Notes under the pieces: model-generated | Told to the model about the DNA's origin: nothing | What the model saw: only the letters and a program-made list of their open reading frames with translations | Database searches by the model: none | Part shown: positions 7,215 to 16,277 of the stretch, one piece after another | How the letters are laid out: every line of letters begins with the position of its first letter | How positions within the stretch are numbered: position 1 is the first letter of the stretch | DNA from: an uncultured Aminicenantes bacterium | GTDB taxonomy: Bacteria > Acidobacteriota > Aminicenantia > UBA2199 | Assembly (NCBI GenBank): GCA_965195285.1 | Contig: CBDAFS010000022.1 | Coordinates: 1-38,774, forward strand | DNA length: 38,774 bases | Reading direction: 5' to 3' | Made by a program: the position numbers and the translations under genes

Positions 7215-8849
7215 ATGGCAACCCTTAAGAATTCAATCAGGCAAAAAACCGGTCGCCTCCATGTCCAGGAAGGCCAAATCAAAAAACTTTTCATTCTGGC
7301 CCTGATATTACTGGGCCTGGGGCTTTCGCTGGGAATTGCTCCCTACCAGCTGGACGATGCCTATATTACCTATCGCTATGCCGCCAATGCTGTAGAGGGC
7401 GAGGGATTGGTTTTCAACCCCGACATGGAGCCGGTAGAAGGTTTCTCAAGTCCGGTATGGTTGCTGTTTCTCACTTTGGGGGCTCTGATTTTCGGGATTC
7501 CTTCACTTCCCACCCTGGGAATGACTCTGGGCCTAACCGGTTTTATACTCTGTTATGTAGCCATTTATTATTCATCCGAAAGAAAAAGAGGGGCGAATAC
7601 CGGATCCTGGATTTTAAATATTTCAGATTTACTACCTGCGCTTTTGATTTCGGTATTGCCAGCCGCTGTTTTTTACGCTGCAACCGGGATGGAAAGTTTA
7701 CTTTTTTTAGCTGCGGTGCTGTTTTTTTTCAAGGCAGCCAGTTCCGATATCCCAATTAAGTGGGGACTGATCGCCGGCTTTCTGGCCTGCTGGATCCGGC
7801 CGGAAGGAACCTGGTTTTTGCCGGCCTTGATATTTCTGCTATTGGGCCGGGGGGAATTTGGAAAAATAAAGGAAAGACGTTTTATACTCCTGGCCGGGAC
7901 AGTTATTCTGGGAAACATCAGTCTGATAACAGCCCGACTGCTTATTTTCAAGTCCCTCTTTCCCAACACCTATTTTGCCAAGGATCCCTGGCTGAAAGCC
8001 GGGTGGCTGTATCTGGGAGATACGCTGTCGTGCAGCTGGGTAATTTTGATTTTAGTCCTGGCTATACTGGGTGCCTGGATGGGAGACAGACGACACCGTG
8101 GATATTTTCTGGCCGGTTTATCCTGGATAGCAGCAGTATTGATTGAAGGGGGTGACTGGATGCCGGCGGGCCGTCTGCTATTACCCGCTTTCGGTCTCTT
8201 TTTACTGGCTTCATCCGGTATCCTGAAGGGCAGATTTCTACCCTTATTGAAAAAGAAAAAAATATCCATTGGCCGGGGCATTACCTTCACGGTCATGGTC
8301 ATTTTATTGATGGGTGTCTTTTTTAACCTGAAAGCATCACTGGAAATCCAAAAAAAGGCTCACCTTTCCCACAGCCATTCGGCCTTCCTGGAAAGGGTAT
8401 TGGCGGACTGGGTTTCAAAAAGCGGTGCCCGGTCAATCGGATCTGCTGACATCGGCATCATGGGGTTTTTCCCCCGTATTGAAATGGTGGATTTTGCAGG
8501 GTTAACCGATAAAGTCATTGGCCGGTCACCCGGTCATCATCTTGAAAAGCAGTTCGACCTGGGTTATATATTTGAAAAGAGAAAACCGGATATCATCCTG
8601 CTTCGGGTAATCCGTCAACCTCACATTTACCCGAGCGGCCGCATCGTGAGCCAGGTCAAATCAGCCGTGGAAAACCGTATCATGAGATATCCGTGCTTCA
8701 GAGAAAAATACCGATTGCTATTTGCCATTCTTCCCTCCCGGCCGACCCGGCCCTATTACGGCAAACTGGTATTCGGCCGCCATGATTTTAGAATTCTACC
8801 GGATGCCATTCCCAGGAACCGGATTATGTTTGTTTCAACAAAAAAATAA
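7215..8849 (+). CDS. Polytopic GT-C-fold membrane glycosyltransferase (AftB-like)
   Basis: DDAYITYRYA.N...G.GLVFN...VEGFSSP; GME; RPEG; PNTYFAK; GGDWMP..R; D..GLTD; many TM segments. Confidence 0.8.
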   Translation: MATLKNSIRQKTGRLHVQEGQIKKLFILALILLGLGLSLGIAPYQLDDAYITYRYAANAVEGEGLVFNPDMEPVEGFSSPVWLLFLTLGALIFGIPSLPTLGMTLGLTGFILCYVAIYYSSERKRGANTGSWILNISDLLPALLISVLPAAVFYAATGMESLLFLAAVLFFFKAASSDIPIKWGLIAGFLACWIRPEGTWFLPALIFLLLGRGEFGKIKERRFILLAGTVILGNISLITARLLIFKSLFPNTYFAKDPWLKAGWLYLGDTLSCSWVILILVLAILGAWMGDRRHRGYFLAGLSWIAAVLIEGGDWMPAGRLLLPAFGLFLLASSGILKGRFLPLLKKKKISIGRGITFTVMVILLMGVFFNLKASLEIQKKAHLSHSHSAFLERVLADWVSKSGARSIGSADIGIMGFFPRIEMVDFAGLTDKVIGRSPGHHLEKQFDLGYIFEKRKPDIILLRVIRQPHIYPSGRIVSQVKSAVENRIMRYPCFREKYRLLFAILPSRPTRPYYGKLVFGRHDFRILPDAIPRNRIMFVSTKK

Positions 8850-8876
8850 CAACCTTTGGCAGTGTATAGAAAATAT

Positions 8877-9395
8877 CTATACTTTTTTGGGGCTGAACAG
8901 GGAATACAGGAAATGGGCGGCTATGAGGAAAAGAATAAAAACAATCGGGATCACCAGATAGGGCATCAGTGCCAGCATTTTTTTGCCGACCAGGGACAGC
9001 AGATCAAACAGGTATCCCATTTTTAGTTTATCGGTAACCACATCCCTGGCCTTACTTAAATTGGCAGTCAGGAGCAGAACCAATCCGATCAGGGCCGCAA
9101 TATAGGTTAGGAACTGGGGAATCAACAAGGGTGTCATGGCCTTTTTTTCCAGTTCCCGGTCATATTTACGGTCAGCTTTAGCTCCCTGCCAGATGGATTC
9201 GAAATCCGGGATTTTTTTTGATTCAAGCTCAGTTTTTGCCGAAATCCCGCTGAAGTCACTCATCCAGGACCGCACCATCAGGACATCCCGGCACCCTGAA
9301 CAGGTTTTCAGATGTTCTTGATATTCGGGATTCAGGTGTCCCCGATCAAAGCCTTCCAAAATTGCTTCTTCCCAAGAGCAGAATATCTTTTTCAT
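8877..9395 (-). CDS. Zinc-binding (HxxxCxxC) membrane anti-sigma factor
   Basis: EHLKTCSGC, two C-terminal TM helices, 4-bp overlap with the ECF sigma gene. Confidence 0.8.
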   Translation of the reverse strand: MKKIFCSWEEAILEGFDRGHLNPEYQEHLKTCSGCRDVLMVRSWMSDFSGISAKTELESKKIPDFESIWQGAKADRKYDRELEKKAMTPLLIPQFLTYIAALIGLVLLLTANLSKARDVVTDKLKMGYLFDLLSLVGKKMLALMPYLVIPIVFILFLIAAHFLYSLFSPKKV

Positions 9396-9910
9396 ACCGA
9401 CTCCTCCCCGGCATACCCATGAGATTTTAGTATTTCTGCAAATTTTTTTCGAATGCGAAATAGTTGAACCCTGATGCTTCTTTCCCGGTTACCGGTTATC
9501 CGGGCAATCTCGGTGTGGGGTTGGCCATCCACATAGGCCAGCCACAGCAAGATCCTTTCCCTGGGTTTCAACATTTTGAAAACCTTCTCCATATCCATGG
9601 ATAAATCATTTTTTTTTTCATCATCGCTGCAGGCCACATTGTCAGTTTGGTATTTGTTTTCAACTTCTAATTTTTTTTTCTGGTCAATAATCAACCGGAC
9701 CGCTGTTTTATAAAGATAAGATTTTTGCTGGCGTTCATCTAATAACTCCGGTGCGGCCCGGAAAAACCGGTAAAACGATTCCTGGAACACATCATCGGAC
9801 AGAAACTCGTCACCGCAGGTTTTAAAAATAAAATACCAGAAGGGTTTCGAAAACTTACGGTAAAAAATCTTAAAAGATTCTTTCTTGAGCTTGCTTTCAA
9901 AAATATCCAT
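9392..9910 (-). CDS. ECF RNA polymerase sigma factor
   Basis: Region 2 DDVFQESF...YLYKTAVR; region 4 LKPRER.LL.L....G....EIA......SIRVQLFR. Confidence 0.88.
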   Translation of the reverse strand: MDIFESKLKKESFKIFYRKFSKPFWYFIFKTCGDEFLSDDVFQESFYRFFRAAPELLDERQQKSYLYKTAVRLIIDQKKKLEVENKYQTDNVACSDDEKKNDLSMDMEKVFKMLKPRERILLWLAYVDGQPHTEIARITGNRERSIRVQLFRIRKKFAEILKSHGYAGEESV

Positions 9911-9973
9911 CTGGTTTCAGCCGGATATTGCCTGGGCGGGGTTCAATCCGTTTTACCGGTTCGGTACTGCTGA

Positions 9974-10411
9974 CTATTCATCCTTGATGATACCCCATTT
10001 CTTACTCAATTGGTAGGATACGGCAGCAGAAACCAGAAAACCGATTCCCAGCACCAGTATGGTAATACCGGCCGCAATGAAATACCTACTGTTTTCCATG
10101 AATGTCCAGCCCAATAATAGTACGGCGATTCCCAGAAAGCCCACAATGATCCCCCGGGAAACCGCGGATAACAACTTCTCTTTCGGGGCCAGACCGTTAA
10201 TGGACAATGACCTCAGGAAATCACTGCCCCCTTTAGTCTCTAAAAAATTGTTCAATTCCTTGACATCCCCGAATTTGTCCACCAACTTATGATGGAACTC
10301 GCTCTTGATGCGGACTTTTCTCCAGTCAAAATACACTTTTAGCGCCAGCAATAAAGCCGCGAAAAAAACCGGTAAAACAATCATTGCTGATAATTCTTCT
10401 GAAATTTGCAT
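9974..10411 (-). CDS. Three-TM membrane protein leading the ECF operon (DUF6249-like)
   Basis: 145 aa, three hydrophobic segments, AGGAGG RBS, first gene of the sigma/anti-sigma unit. Confidence 0.65.
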   Translation of the reverse strand: MQISEELSAMIVLPVFFAALLLALKVYFDWRKVRIKSEFHHKLVDKFGDVKELNNFLETKGGSDFLRSLSINGLAPKEKLLSAVSRGIIVGFLGIAVLLLGWTFMENSRYFIAAGITILVLGIGFLVSAAVSYQLSKKWGIIKDE

Positions 10412-10453
10412 TTTTACCTCCTGATTTCATTTCATTTTTCTTATTCATACTCT

Positions 10454-10482
10454 ATAACGATCGGGTCCGGTCTTTGGTTAAC
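10454..10482 (-). promoter_or_regulatory. ECF-type autoregulatory promoter
   Basis: GTTAACC-N16-CGTTAT matches the general AAC/CGT ECF promoter pattern. Confidence 0.6.
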
Positions 10483-10536
10483 AAAAGTCCCGGAAAATCG
10501 TTCCGGATTTGTCATGGGGTATGACCGATGGGTGAT

Positions 10537-12387
10537 TTAAAGATAACCGAAATTTTTCAGTTTTTCCAGCTCTTCACGGGAGTGTTGCAAAATCTTTGAT
10601 TTATAGGGTCGGCTTTTAATCAAGTTGAGAATCATCTTAATTTCTTTTTTCATTTCTTCAAATATTTTCCAGTGATCCTGCTGATAGGCCAGATTGTGCC
10701 TTTCCCGGTAATCCTGTTCAATATCATACAACTCGTACTGCTTCACTTCGGGAGGAGGGAATTCCGCATAGAAGGCCAGGCCTTCTTTACTGTAGGGATA
10801 ATTATAAATGAGCTTATAATTCCGGTAAATCACAGCGACCTTCTCAACCTTGGCTGAGGTTTCATCACCATCCGTGTATTTCAATACTGAAACTATTTTC
10901 CGGTCTCCCCTGCCCGTGGTATGGATATGGGGGAGAAGCGATTCTCCGTCTATTTTTTTATTCATCTTCAAATGGTAAAAATCCAGAACAGTCGGGATCA
11001 GATCAATTAAACCCACATTGGCCTCGACTGTTTTTCCCCGGTACTGCTGAGCAGGGAATTTGATCATCAGCGGCACATGAATCAATTCATTGTACAGTGA
11101 CTGGCCGTGTCCCCAGGACCGGTGATCAAAAAATTCCTCTCCGTGATCCGAGAATATTATAATCATAGACCGGTCATACAACTTCATCTTTTTCAGTTTT
11201 TTTATAAAAAATCCGAACCAGTAATCAAAGTATTCATATTCACAATCATACAAATTGATAATGTTTTCTTTCAGTTCATCGGAAACGGGTTTGAAAATAT
11301 TCTGATGCCCACCGACCACATCGGGTATTTTCACATATTTGACCGGACTTTGTTTGGCAACCTGCTGGGAATAGGAATGCAGGGGATGCAACCGATAGGG
11401 ACTGTGAACCTGATAGGTATGCAGAAAGGCAAAAAGGGTGGGGGAGTGGGTTCTTTTTAAAAATCGGATTATTTTTTCAAAAATGACTTTGGACGATTTG
11501 GGATGGTTCTTGGAACTGTAGGAGTCAAACCCGCGGTAGAACCCATAGGTATAATTCAAAAAAACCCCGCCATTGTAGCTGATATTCAGATGCTGGGGGT
11601 ACATGAATTCCGGCAATAAAAAGATATCATCGGGAATGGCATTGTCCCGGCTATAGGTACCGTGATTATAGGCATTCAAACTGGAAAACAGACTGACATG
11701 CGAAGGAAGGGTCCAGCTGGAAGGAGCAAAACAATTTTTAAAAATCACACAATCCCTGGCGAATTCGGTAACCTGGGGATCTATCGGTCGAGGATATCCG
11801 TAAACACCCACATGATCGGCCCTCAGGGTATCGATAGAAATCAGGAATACCAGTGTTTTGTCAGGATTATCTTTGAAAAAAACCGGGTAGGTAATCAACA
11901 CATGTCCCGAACCTTTTAACCACACCCGGACAGTCTCACCCTTGTCTAAAAAAATCCGGACATTCACGGTCAGAACATGTTTTATACTTCTTAGTTCATG
12001 CTCTTCAATGATTTGGATATTCTCGGGTGATTTTTTCTGGATCTGGACACCAATGGGATCACCTTGCTGATCGGTTTTCTTGACATTAAAATAAATATTG
12101 ACATCCTTCCTCAGAGAGGTATGAAATTCAATATATTTTTCTCCATTGACCTCCAGGCATACGGCCCGGTAGGTGACACGATCACTCTTGATATGAATAT
12201 AGTTATTGCCGAGATTGACCGGGTTCTGACATTCGAAAAAACCATCCACAACTTTTCCGGAATTTTCAATATAGATATCCCCTTTGTCCAGAATATCTTG
12301 TTTCTTATCAAAGGACTTGTTGACCAGCAGAACCAGAACCAGCAGGATAACCACAAGGGAAATTAAAAAAAAAACTCTTTTCATCAT
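10537..12387 (-). CDS. Membrane-anchored sulfatase-like hydrolase/transferase, Thr at nucleophile position
   Basis: N-terminal TM; ISIDTLRADH..YGY; SSWTLPSHVSLF; HTYQVHSPY; SDHGEEF.DH..WGHG; ELYD; LKNFGYL. Start MMKRV supported by TTGACA-N18-TAAACT (12425-12396). Confidence 0.85.
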   Translation of the reverse strand: MMKRVFFLISLVVILLVLVLLVNKSFDKKQDILDKGDIYIENSGKVVDGFFECQNPVNLGNNYIHIKSDRVTYRAVCLEVNGEKYIEFHTSLRKDVNIYFNVKKTDQQGDPIGVQIQKKSPENIQIIEEHELRSIKHVLTVNVRIFLDKGETVRVWLKGSGHVLITYPVFFKDNPDKTLVFLISIDTLRADHVGVYGYPRPIDPQVTEFARDCVIFKNCFAPSSWTLPSHVSLFSSLNAYNHGTYSRDNAIPDDIFLLPEFMYPQHLNISYNGGVFLNYTYGFYRGFDSYSSKNHPKSSKVIFEKIIRFLKRTHSPTLFAFLHTYQVHSPYRLHPLHSYSQQVAKQSPVKYVKIPDVVGGHQNIFKPVSDELKENIINLYDCEYEYFDYWFGFFIKKLKKMKLYDRSMIIIFSDHGEEFFDHRSWGHGQSLYNELIHVPLMIKFPAQQYRGKTVEANVGLIDLIPTVLDFYHLKMNKKIDGESLLPHIHTTGRGDRKIVSVLKYTDGDETSAKVEKVAVIYRNYKLIYNYPYSKEGLAFYAEFPPPEVKQYELYDIEQDYRERHNLAYQQDHWKIFEEMKKEIKMILNLIKSRPYKSKILQHSREELEKLKNFGYL

Positions 12388-12427
12388 GATGGGATAGTTT
12401 AGCACGGCCGCAGGATATATGTCAATT

Positions 12428-13555
12428 TCAACCAACCGGCTCCCTTTTCATACTTTTTGAAACCAGGATAAACTCAACAATCTCGGCCCTGGAAAACAGG
12501 CGCATGGGTGGCCCCCAGTATCCGGTCCCGCAGCTGGTGTAAATAAAGGCTCCGCTTTTTTCATACAACCCATAGGGGTATTTAAAAAACAACCGAACCA
12601 GACAGGTTATGGGGGGAATTTGACCGCCATGGGTATGGCTTGATATCTGTAAATCAACCCCCTTCTCAACTGCCTGATCAAACCCCTCCGGTCGATGGCG
12701 AAGTACAATGATAGGTTTGGTGGGATCGCATCTTTTCAGAGGGGTATCCAGATCGGGCCCAGGCTGGGAAAACCGTTTGGCTTCATTGTCATCGAGCCCG
12801 ATGACCTGGAGATGTCGGTCAATGATTTTAAGGTCATTCCGGAGCACCGTGAAATTCAATTTCCGGGAAAGCTCCAGGAAATAGGAGAGGCCGGAATAAA
12901 ACTCATGATTTCCGGTTATGGAAAAAACCCCCCGGGTTGCTTTTAGTTTTTTCAGGGATTGGTAAAACAGGCGATCATCGGTAATGCGTCCATCTATTAA
13001 ATCTCCGGTGATCACAATCAAATCGGGGTTCAGAGAATTCACTATTTCGACCACCCTGGCCAACATTTCGGGAGACTTATTGGAATCCAGATGCAGATCC
13101 GACAATTGAACAATCTTAAATCCAGACATTTTCGCGGACAGCTGGTTCAGCGGCAGGGTAATGGTTTTTACCACCGGGGTTCTAATTCCGTTTAATACAG
13201 CGTATACCGAAAGCAACAAAATAAATCCCAGAGCCAGAAACGTAACATGCAGACTCTTCTGGGGAAAAATCAGGTTAACAAGTCTGACCAGAACAAACAC
13301 CCCGAATGAAATCGAAAGCAATCCCAACCAGACAAAGGCATAATGATTCAAATAATGAAAACCCAGTAGTCGGCTTAAAATCATACTCAGGGGAAAGGTG
13401 AAGCCGGAAAAAAGAAAAAAATATTTTATCAGGGACCTGATCTTAGGCAGGAGGGGAATGAATTTCACCATGGTTTTGTAAACAAAATAATGCATCATAA
13501 AATAAACAAAAAGACCCACAATGATAAAAATCAAAAAAGACAGGACACGATTCAT
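12428..13555 (-). CDS. Membrane-bound metallophosphoesterase (YkuE-like)
   Basis: SDLH, TGDLID, GNHE, H, SHTHGGQ motifs after four TM helices. Confidence 0.9.
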   Translation of the reverse strand: MNRVLSFLIFIIVGLFVYFMMHYFVYKTMVKFIPLLPKIRSLIKYFFLFSGFTFPLSMILSRLLGFHYLNHYAFVWLGLLSISFGVFVLVRLVNLIFPQKSLHVTFLALGFILLLSVYAVLNGIRTPVVKTITLPLNQLSAKMSGFKIVQLSDLHLDSNKSPEMLARVVEIVNSLNPDLIVITGDLIDGRITDDRLFYQSLKKLKATRGVFSITGNHEFYSGLSYFLELSRKLNFTVLRNDLKIIDRHLQVIGLDDNEAKRFSQPGPDLDTPLKRCDPTKPIIVLRHRPEGFDQAVEKGVDLQISSHTHGGQIPPITCLVRLFFKYPYGLYEKSGAFIYTSCGTGYWGPPMRLFSRAEIVEFILVSKSMKREPVG

Positions 13556-13640
13556 TTACCGCCTCCGGGTTATATCAATTATCAAATTTCTGCCCAAAAG
13601 TCAATCGCCATTGACTGATTCACCCCGGCAACACCTGAAT

Positions 13641-13669
13641 TTGACAAACAGAGAATATATTTATATGAT
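13641..13669 (+). promoter_or_regulatory. sigma70 promoter
   Basis: TTGACA-N17-TATGAT. Confidence 0.7.
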
Positions 13670-13721
13670 AATGAGCGAATGGCTCGGCCGGGAGGCCTAA
13701 ATGATTATTGCAGGAGGAAAA

Positions 13722-14399
13722 ATGAGAGAAAAAAGAGTTTTTCACGGAGCATCTTTAATTGGCTTGATGTTGATCATTTTAGGTATCCTGTGGATACTCA
13801 ATAACCTTGAAATCCTTGACTTCCGCCTGAGCGTATGGTGGCCCCTTATACTCATCATTATCGGCCTGATTCATCTGGTCAGTGGAGGTAAACTGTTCAA
13901 TTCAAGTGCTTGGATATTGATATTTCTGGGAGGTATCTTTTTATTAACCGCCAATGATTACCTGGACTGGGATGATATCTGGAGGTATTGGCCGGTCATG
14001 CTCATTATCATCGGTATTTCCATTATTACCCAGCGTCACGGAAGGCATATTCCCAGATCATCGGATGCGGATGATATTAACGGTTCGGCAGTATTCGGAA
14101 GCTTTGAAAAGAAAATCAACAGCAAACACTTTAAAGGCGGCAGTGTTTCCGCACTCTTTGGTGGAGTTGAAATAGATCTTAGGGATTCCGAACTGGATGA
14201 AAACGGGGCGGTCATTGACCTTTCAACCGTTTTCGGGGGAACCGAAATACGCATTCCCGCTACCTGGCCTCTGGATATCCGCTCTACCACTATTTTCGGC
14301 GGATTTGAAAACAAAACCGACAATCCGGTCAGCAGGGAAGGTAAAAAACTGGTCATCAAATCATCAACGATCTTCGGCGGAATTGAAATAAAAAATTAA
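13722..14399 (+). CDS. LiaF-related cell-envelope stress response membrane protein
   Basis: Two WP.ILI.IG membrane repeats plus C-terminal FGG beta repeats; AGGAGG before ATG 13722 (alternative start 13701). Confidence 0.8.
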   Translation: MREKRVFHGASLIGLMLIILGILWILNNLEILDFRLSVWWPLILIIIGLIHLVSGGKLFNSSAWILIFLGGIFLLTANDYLDWDDIWRYWPVMLIIIGISIITQRHGRHIPRSSDADDINGSAVFGSFEKKINSKHFKGGSVSALFGGVEIDLRDSELDENGAVIDLSTVFGGTEIRIPATWPLDIRSTTIFGGFENKTDNPVSREGKKLVIKSSTIFGGIEIKN

Positions 14400-14416
14400 T
14401 ACGATCGGTAAAACAA

Positions 14417-14872
14417 ATGAAGATATATTTGGCCTCAGACCATGCGGGATTCGAATTAAAGGAAACCATTAAAAACGTTGTTCAAAAAGAGCAATATTCC
14501 ATTGAAGACCTGGGAACCCATTCCGGGGAATCGGTCAACTGGGCCGAGTATGGCGCCAGGGCGGCCCGGATGGTCTCGGAAAATCCCCGGGAAACCAGGG
14601 GAATATTGATATGCGGTTCCGGAATCGGTATGTCCATGATCGCCAATAAATTCAAGGATATACGGGCTGCGCTCTGCCATAACGTCTATACCGCTGAGAT
14701 GAGCCGAAAACACAACAACGCCAATATTCTCACCATGGGCGCCCGGATTCTGGAACCAGACCAGGCCTTGAATATTGTTAAAACCTGGCTGAACACCCCT
14801 TTCGAGGGCGGCCGCCATCAGGACAGACTTGACTATATGCACCACATTATTGAAAAACAAAACTTCAAATAA
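14417..14872 (+). CDS. rpiB: Ribose-5-phosphate isomerase B
   Basis: ASDHAG, ICGSGIGMS, RKHNNAN, FEGGRH..R. Confidence 0.96.
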   Translation: MKIYLASDHAGFELKETIKNVVQKEQYSIEDLGTHSGESVNWAEYGARAARMVSENPRETRGILICGSGIGMSMIANKFKDIRAALCHNVYTAEMSRKHNNANILTMGARILEPDQALNIVKTWLNTPFEGGRHQDRLDYMHHIIEKQNFK

Positions 14873-14936
14873 GGAACCGAATCATTTTACCGAAAACCAG
14901 CCATCAACTGAATCAGGAAAAAATTCAATCCCAATC

Positions 14937-15596
14937 ATGAGAACCATCAAAAATCAAAACACTACCACTCAAACGAAAATCACGCAGGTCAATCGGATAA
15001 GCTCAGATTATATAAATTCGCTGCCGATCATTCGTTTCCAGGGCCAGATCATTGTGATCAACCAGATAGATCAGACCAACGGGTTGTTCTCCCGTCTCAG
15101 GCAGGAAAAATATATCGGATTTGATACCGAGAGCAAACCTTCCTTTTCCAAGGGGATATCATACCCCCCTTCCATAATTCAACTGGCCACCCAGGATACG
15201 GTTTATCTGTTCCAATTGGATAAACCCGGGCTATTCGACGAACTGGCTGATTTTTTTTCCGACCAGAATTTCAAAAAAATCGGCATCGGAACCAAAAATG
15301 ACATTGAAAAATTACAGGAGATTCGTAATTTTCAAGCCCGGGGATTCATTGATCTGAGTAAAATTGCTGCCCAAAAGGGAATTATCCAGGTAGGTGCCAG
15401 GGCTCTCACAGCCCGCTACCTGGAGCAACGCCTGACCAAAACTGCTCAGAAATCAAACTGGGCGCGGGCTCAGCTTACCCTGAAGCAAAAAGAATATGCT
15501 GCCACCGATGCGTGGATATGTCTGCAAATATATCCCCTGCTTTTATCAGATCCAATCGATTACAGCCAGTTTGAGCCCGCTTCTGCCAACCACTGA
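14937..15596 (+). CDS. DEDDy 3'-5' exonuclease (RNase D/WRN-like)
   Basis: GFDTESKP, IQLA, D..KL, SNW, YAATDAW; start uncertain. Confidence 0.88.
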   Translation: MRTIKNQNTTTQTKITQVNRISSDYINSLPIIRFQGQIIVINQIDQTNGLFSRLRQEKYIGFDTESKPSFSKGISYPPSIIQLATQDTVYLFQLDKPGLFDELADFFSDQNFKKIGIGTKNDIEKLQEIRNFQARGFIDLSKIAAQKGIIQVGARALTARYLEQRLTKTAQKSNWARAQLTLKQKEYAATDAWICLQIYPLLLSDPIDYSQFEPASANH

Positions 15597-15666
15597 ACTG
15601 CCATCGGTTCCCGGAAAAATTTGCATTTTCCCGGTAAAAAAAGATATAATACAGCAGGAGGTTCAC

Positions 15667-15870
15667 ATGTTCAGATTAATTATATGGGGTGAAAGTTTTA
15701 TTATTCTGGGAATGGCACTACTGGCATATATCATGATCCAGGACTCGGGAAAATTGAAAGAAAGCTTATTGGGTAAACTGATTGTGATTTCCCTGTTGCT
15801 GATGTCAGTGGTGATATTTTTGCTTTCTTTCGACAATATCAGATTGTTTTTTGCCGGTACTTTCCTGTAA
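15667..15870 (+). CDS. Small two-TM hypothetical protein (67 aa)
   Basis: AGGAGG RBS, ATG 15667, own promoter TTGCAT (15621-15626)-N18-TATAAT (15645-15650). Confidence 0.6.
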   Translation: MFRLIIWGESFIILGMALLAYIMIQDSGKLKESLLGKLIVISLLLMSVVIFLLSFDNIRLFFAGTFL

Positions 15871-15896
15871 ATGACTGGTTTTGAAGGGCGTTGATA

Positions 15897-16187
15897 TTAA
15901 TGCCTTTTTAAAAAACTAAAATATTCCACCGGTGGATTTTCCAGCGAACAACCCACTTGAAATGCATTCTGCAGGGAATACCGTTTCTTTATCCATTGAA
16001 TGACGCCCTTTAAAAAAACTTCCTGCCCGTCGAAACTGAATTCAATGTTCACTCTTCTATTAACCGGAGGAGAATTGGTGGAAACCTGCAGTCCAACTTC
16101 AGAATAATCACTTAATATCCCTGATTTTCCATCTATTTTAACCAGAACCCGGACTTTCTTACGCTTTTGTATTCTCTTTTCCATCAT
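15897..16187 (-). CDS. Stand-alone PilZ domain protein (candidate c-di-GMP receptor)
   Basis: EKRIQKR (RxxxR) and DYSEVG (DxSxxG). Confidence 0.8.
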   Translation of the reverse strand: MMEKRIQKRKKVRVLVKIDGKSGILSDYSEVGLQVSTNSPPVNRRVNIEFSFDGQEVFLKGVIQWIKKRYSLQNAFQVGCSLENPPVEYFSFLKRH

Positions 16188-16277
16188 CCTCTCCCTTTTA
16201 CTTATAATTTATACTATCACGATCAGTTTTTCAACAAAAAAAATCTCGAAATAAGAAATGCATTTTTTCAACTGGTT

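Noticed and set aside
7085-7294. N-terminal extension of the 740-aa sulfatase-like ORF overlapping the GT-C gene
   Set aside because: Signal peptide, lipobox and promoter all place the start at 7084
12388-12435. Upstream TTG start for the second sulfatase-like gene
   Set aside because: The extension coincides with a good promoter and precedes the signal anchor; not fully excluded because GGGAG lies before the TTG
14829-15666. Extended starts of the exonuclease (14829) and the small membrane protein (15496)
   Set aside because: They overlap upstream genes; internal ATGs fit better
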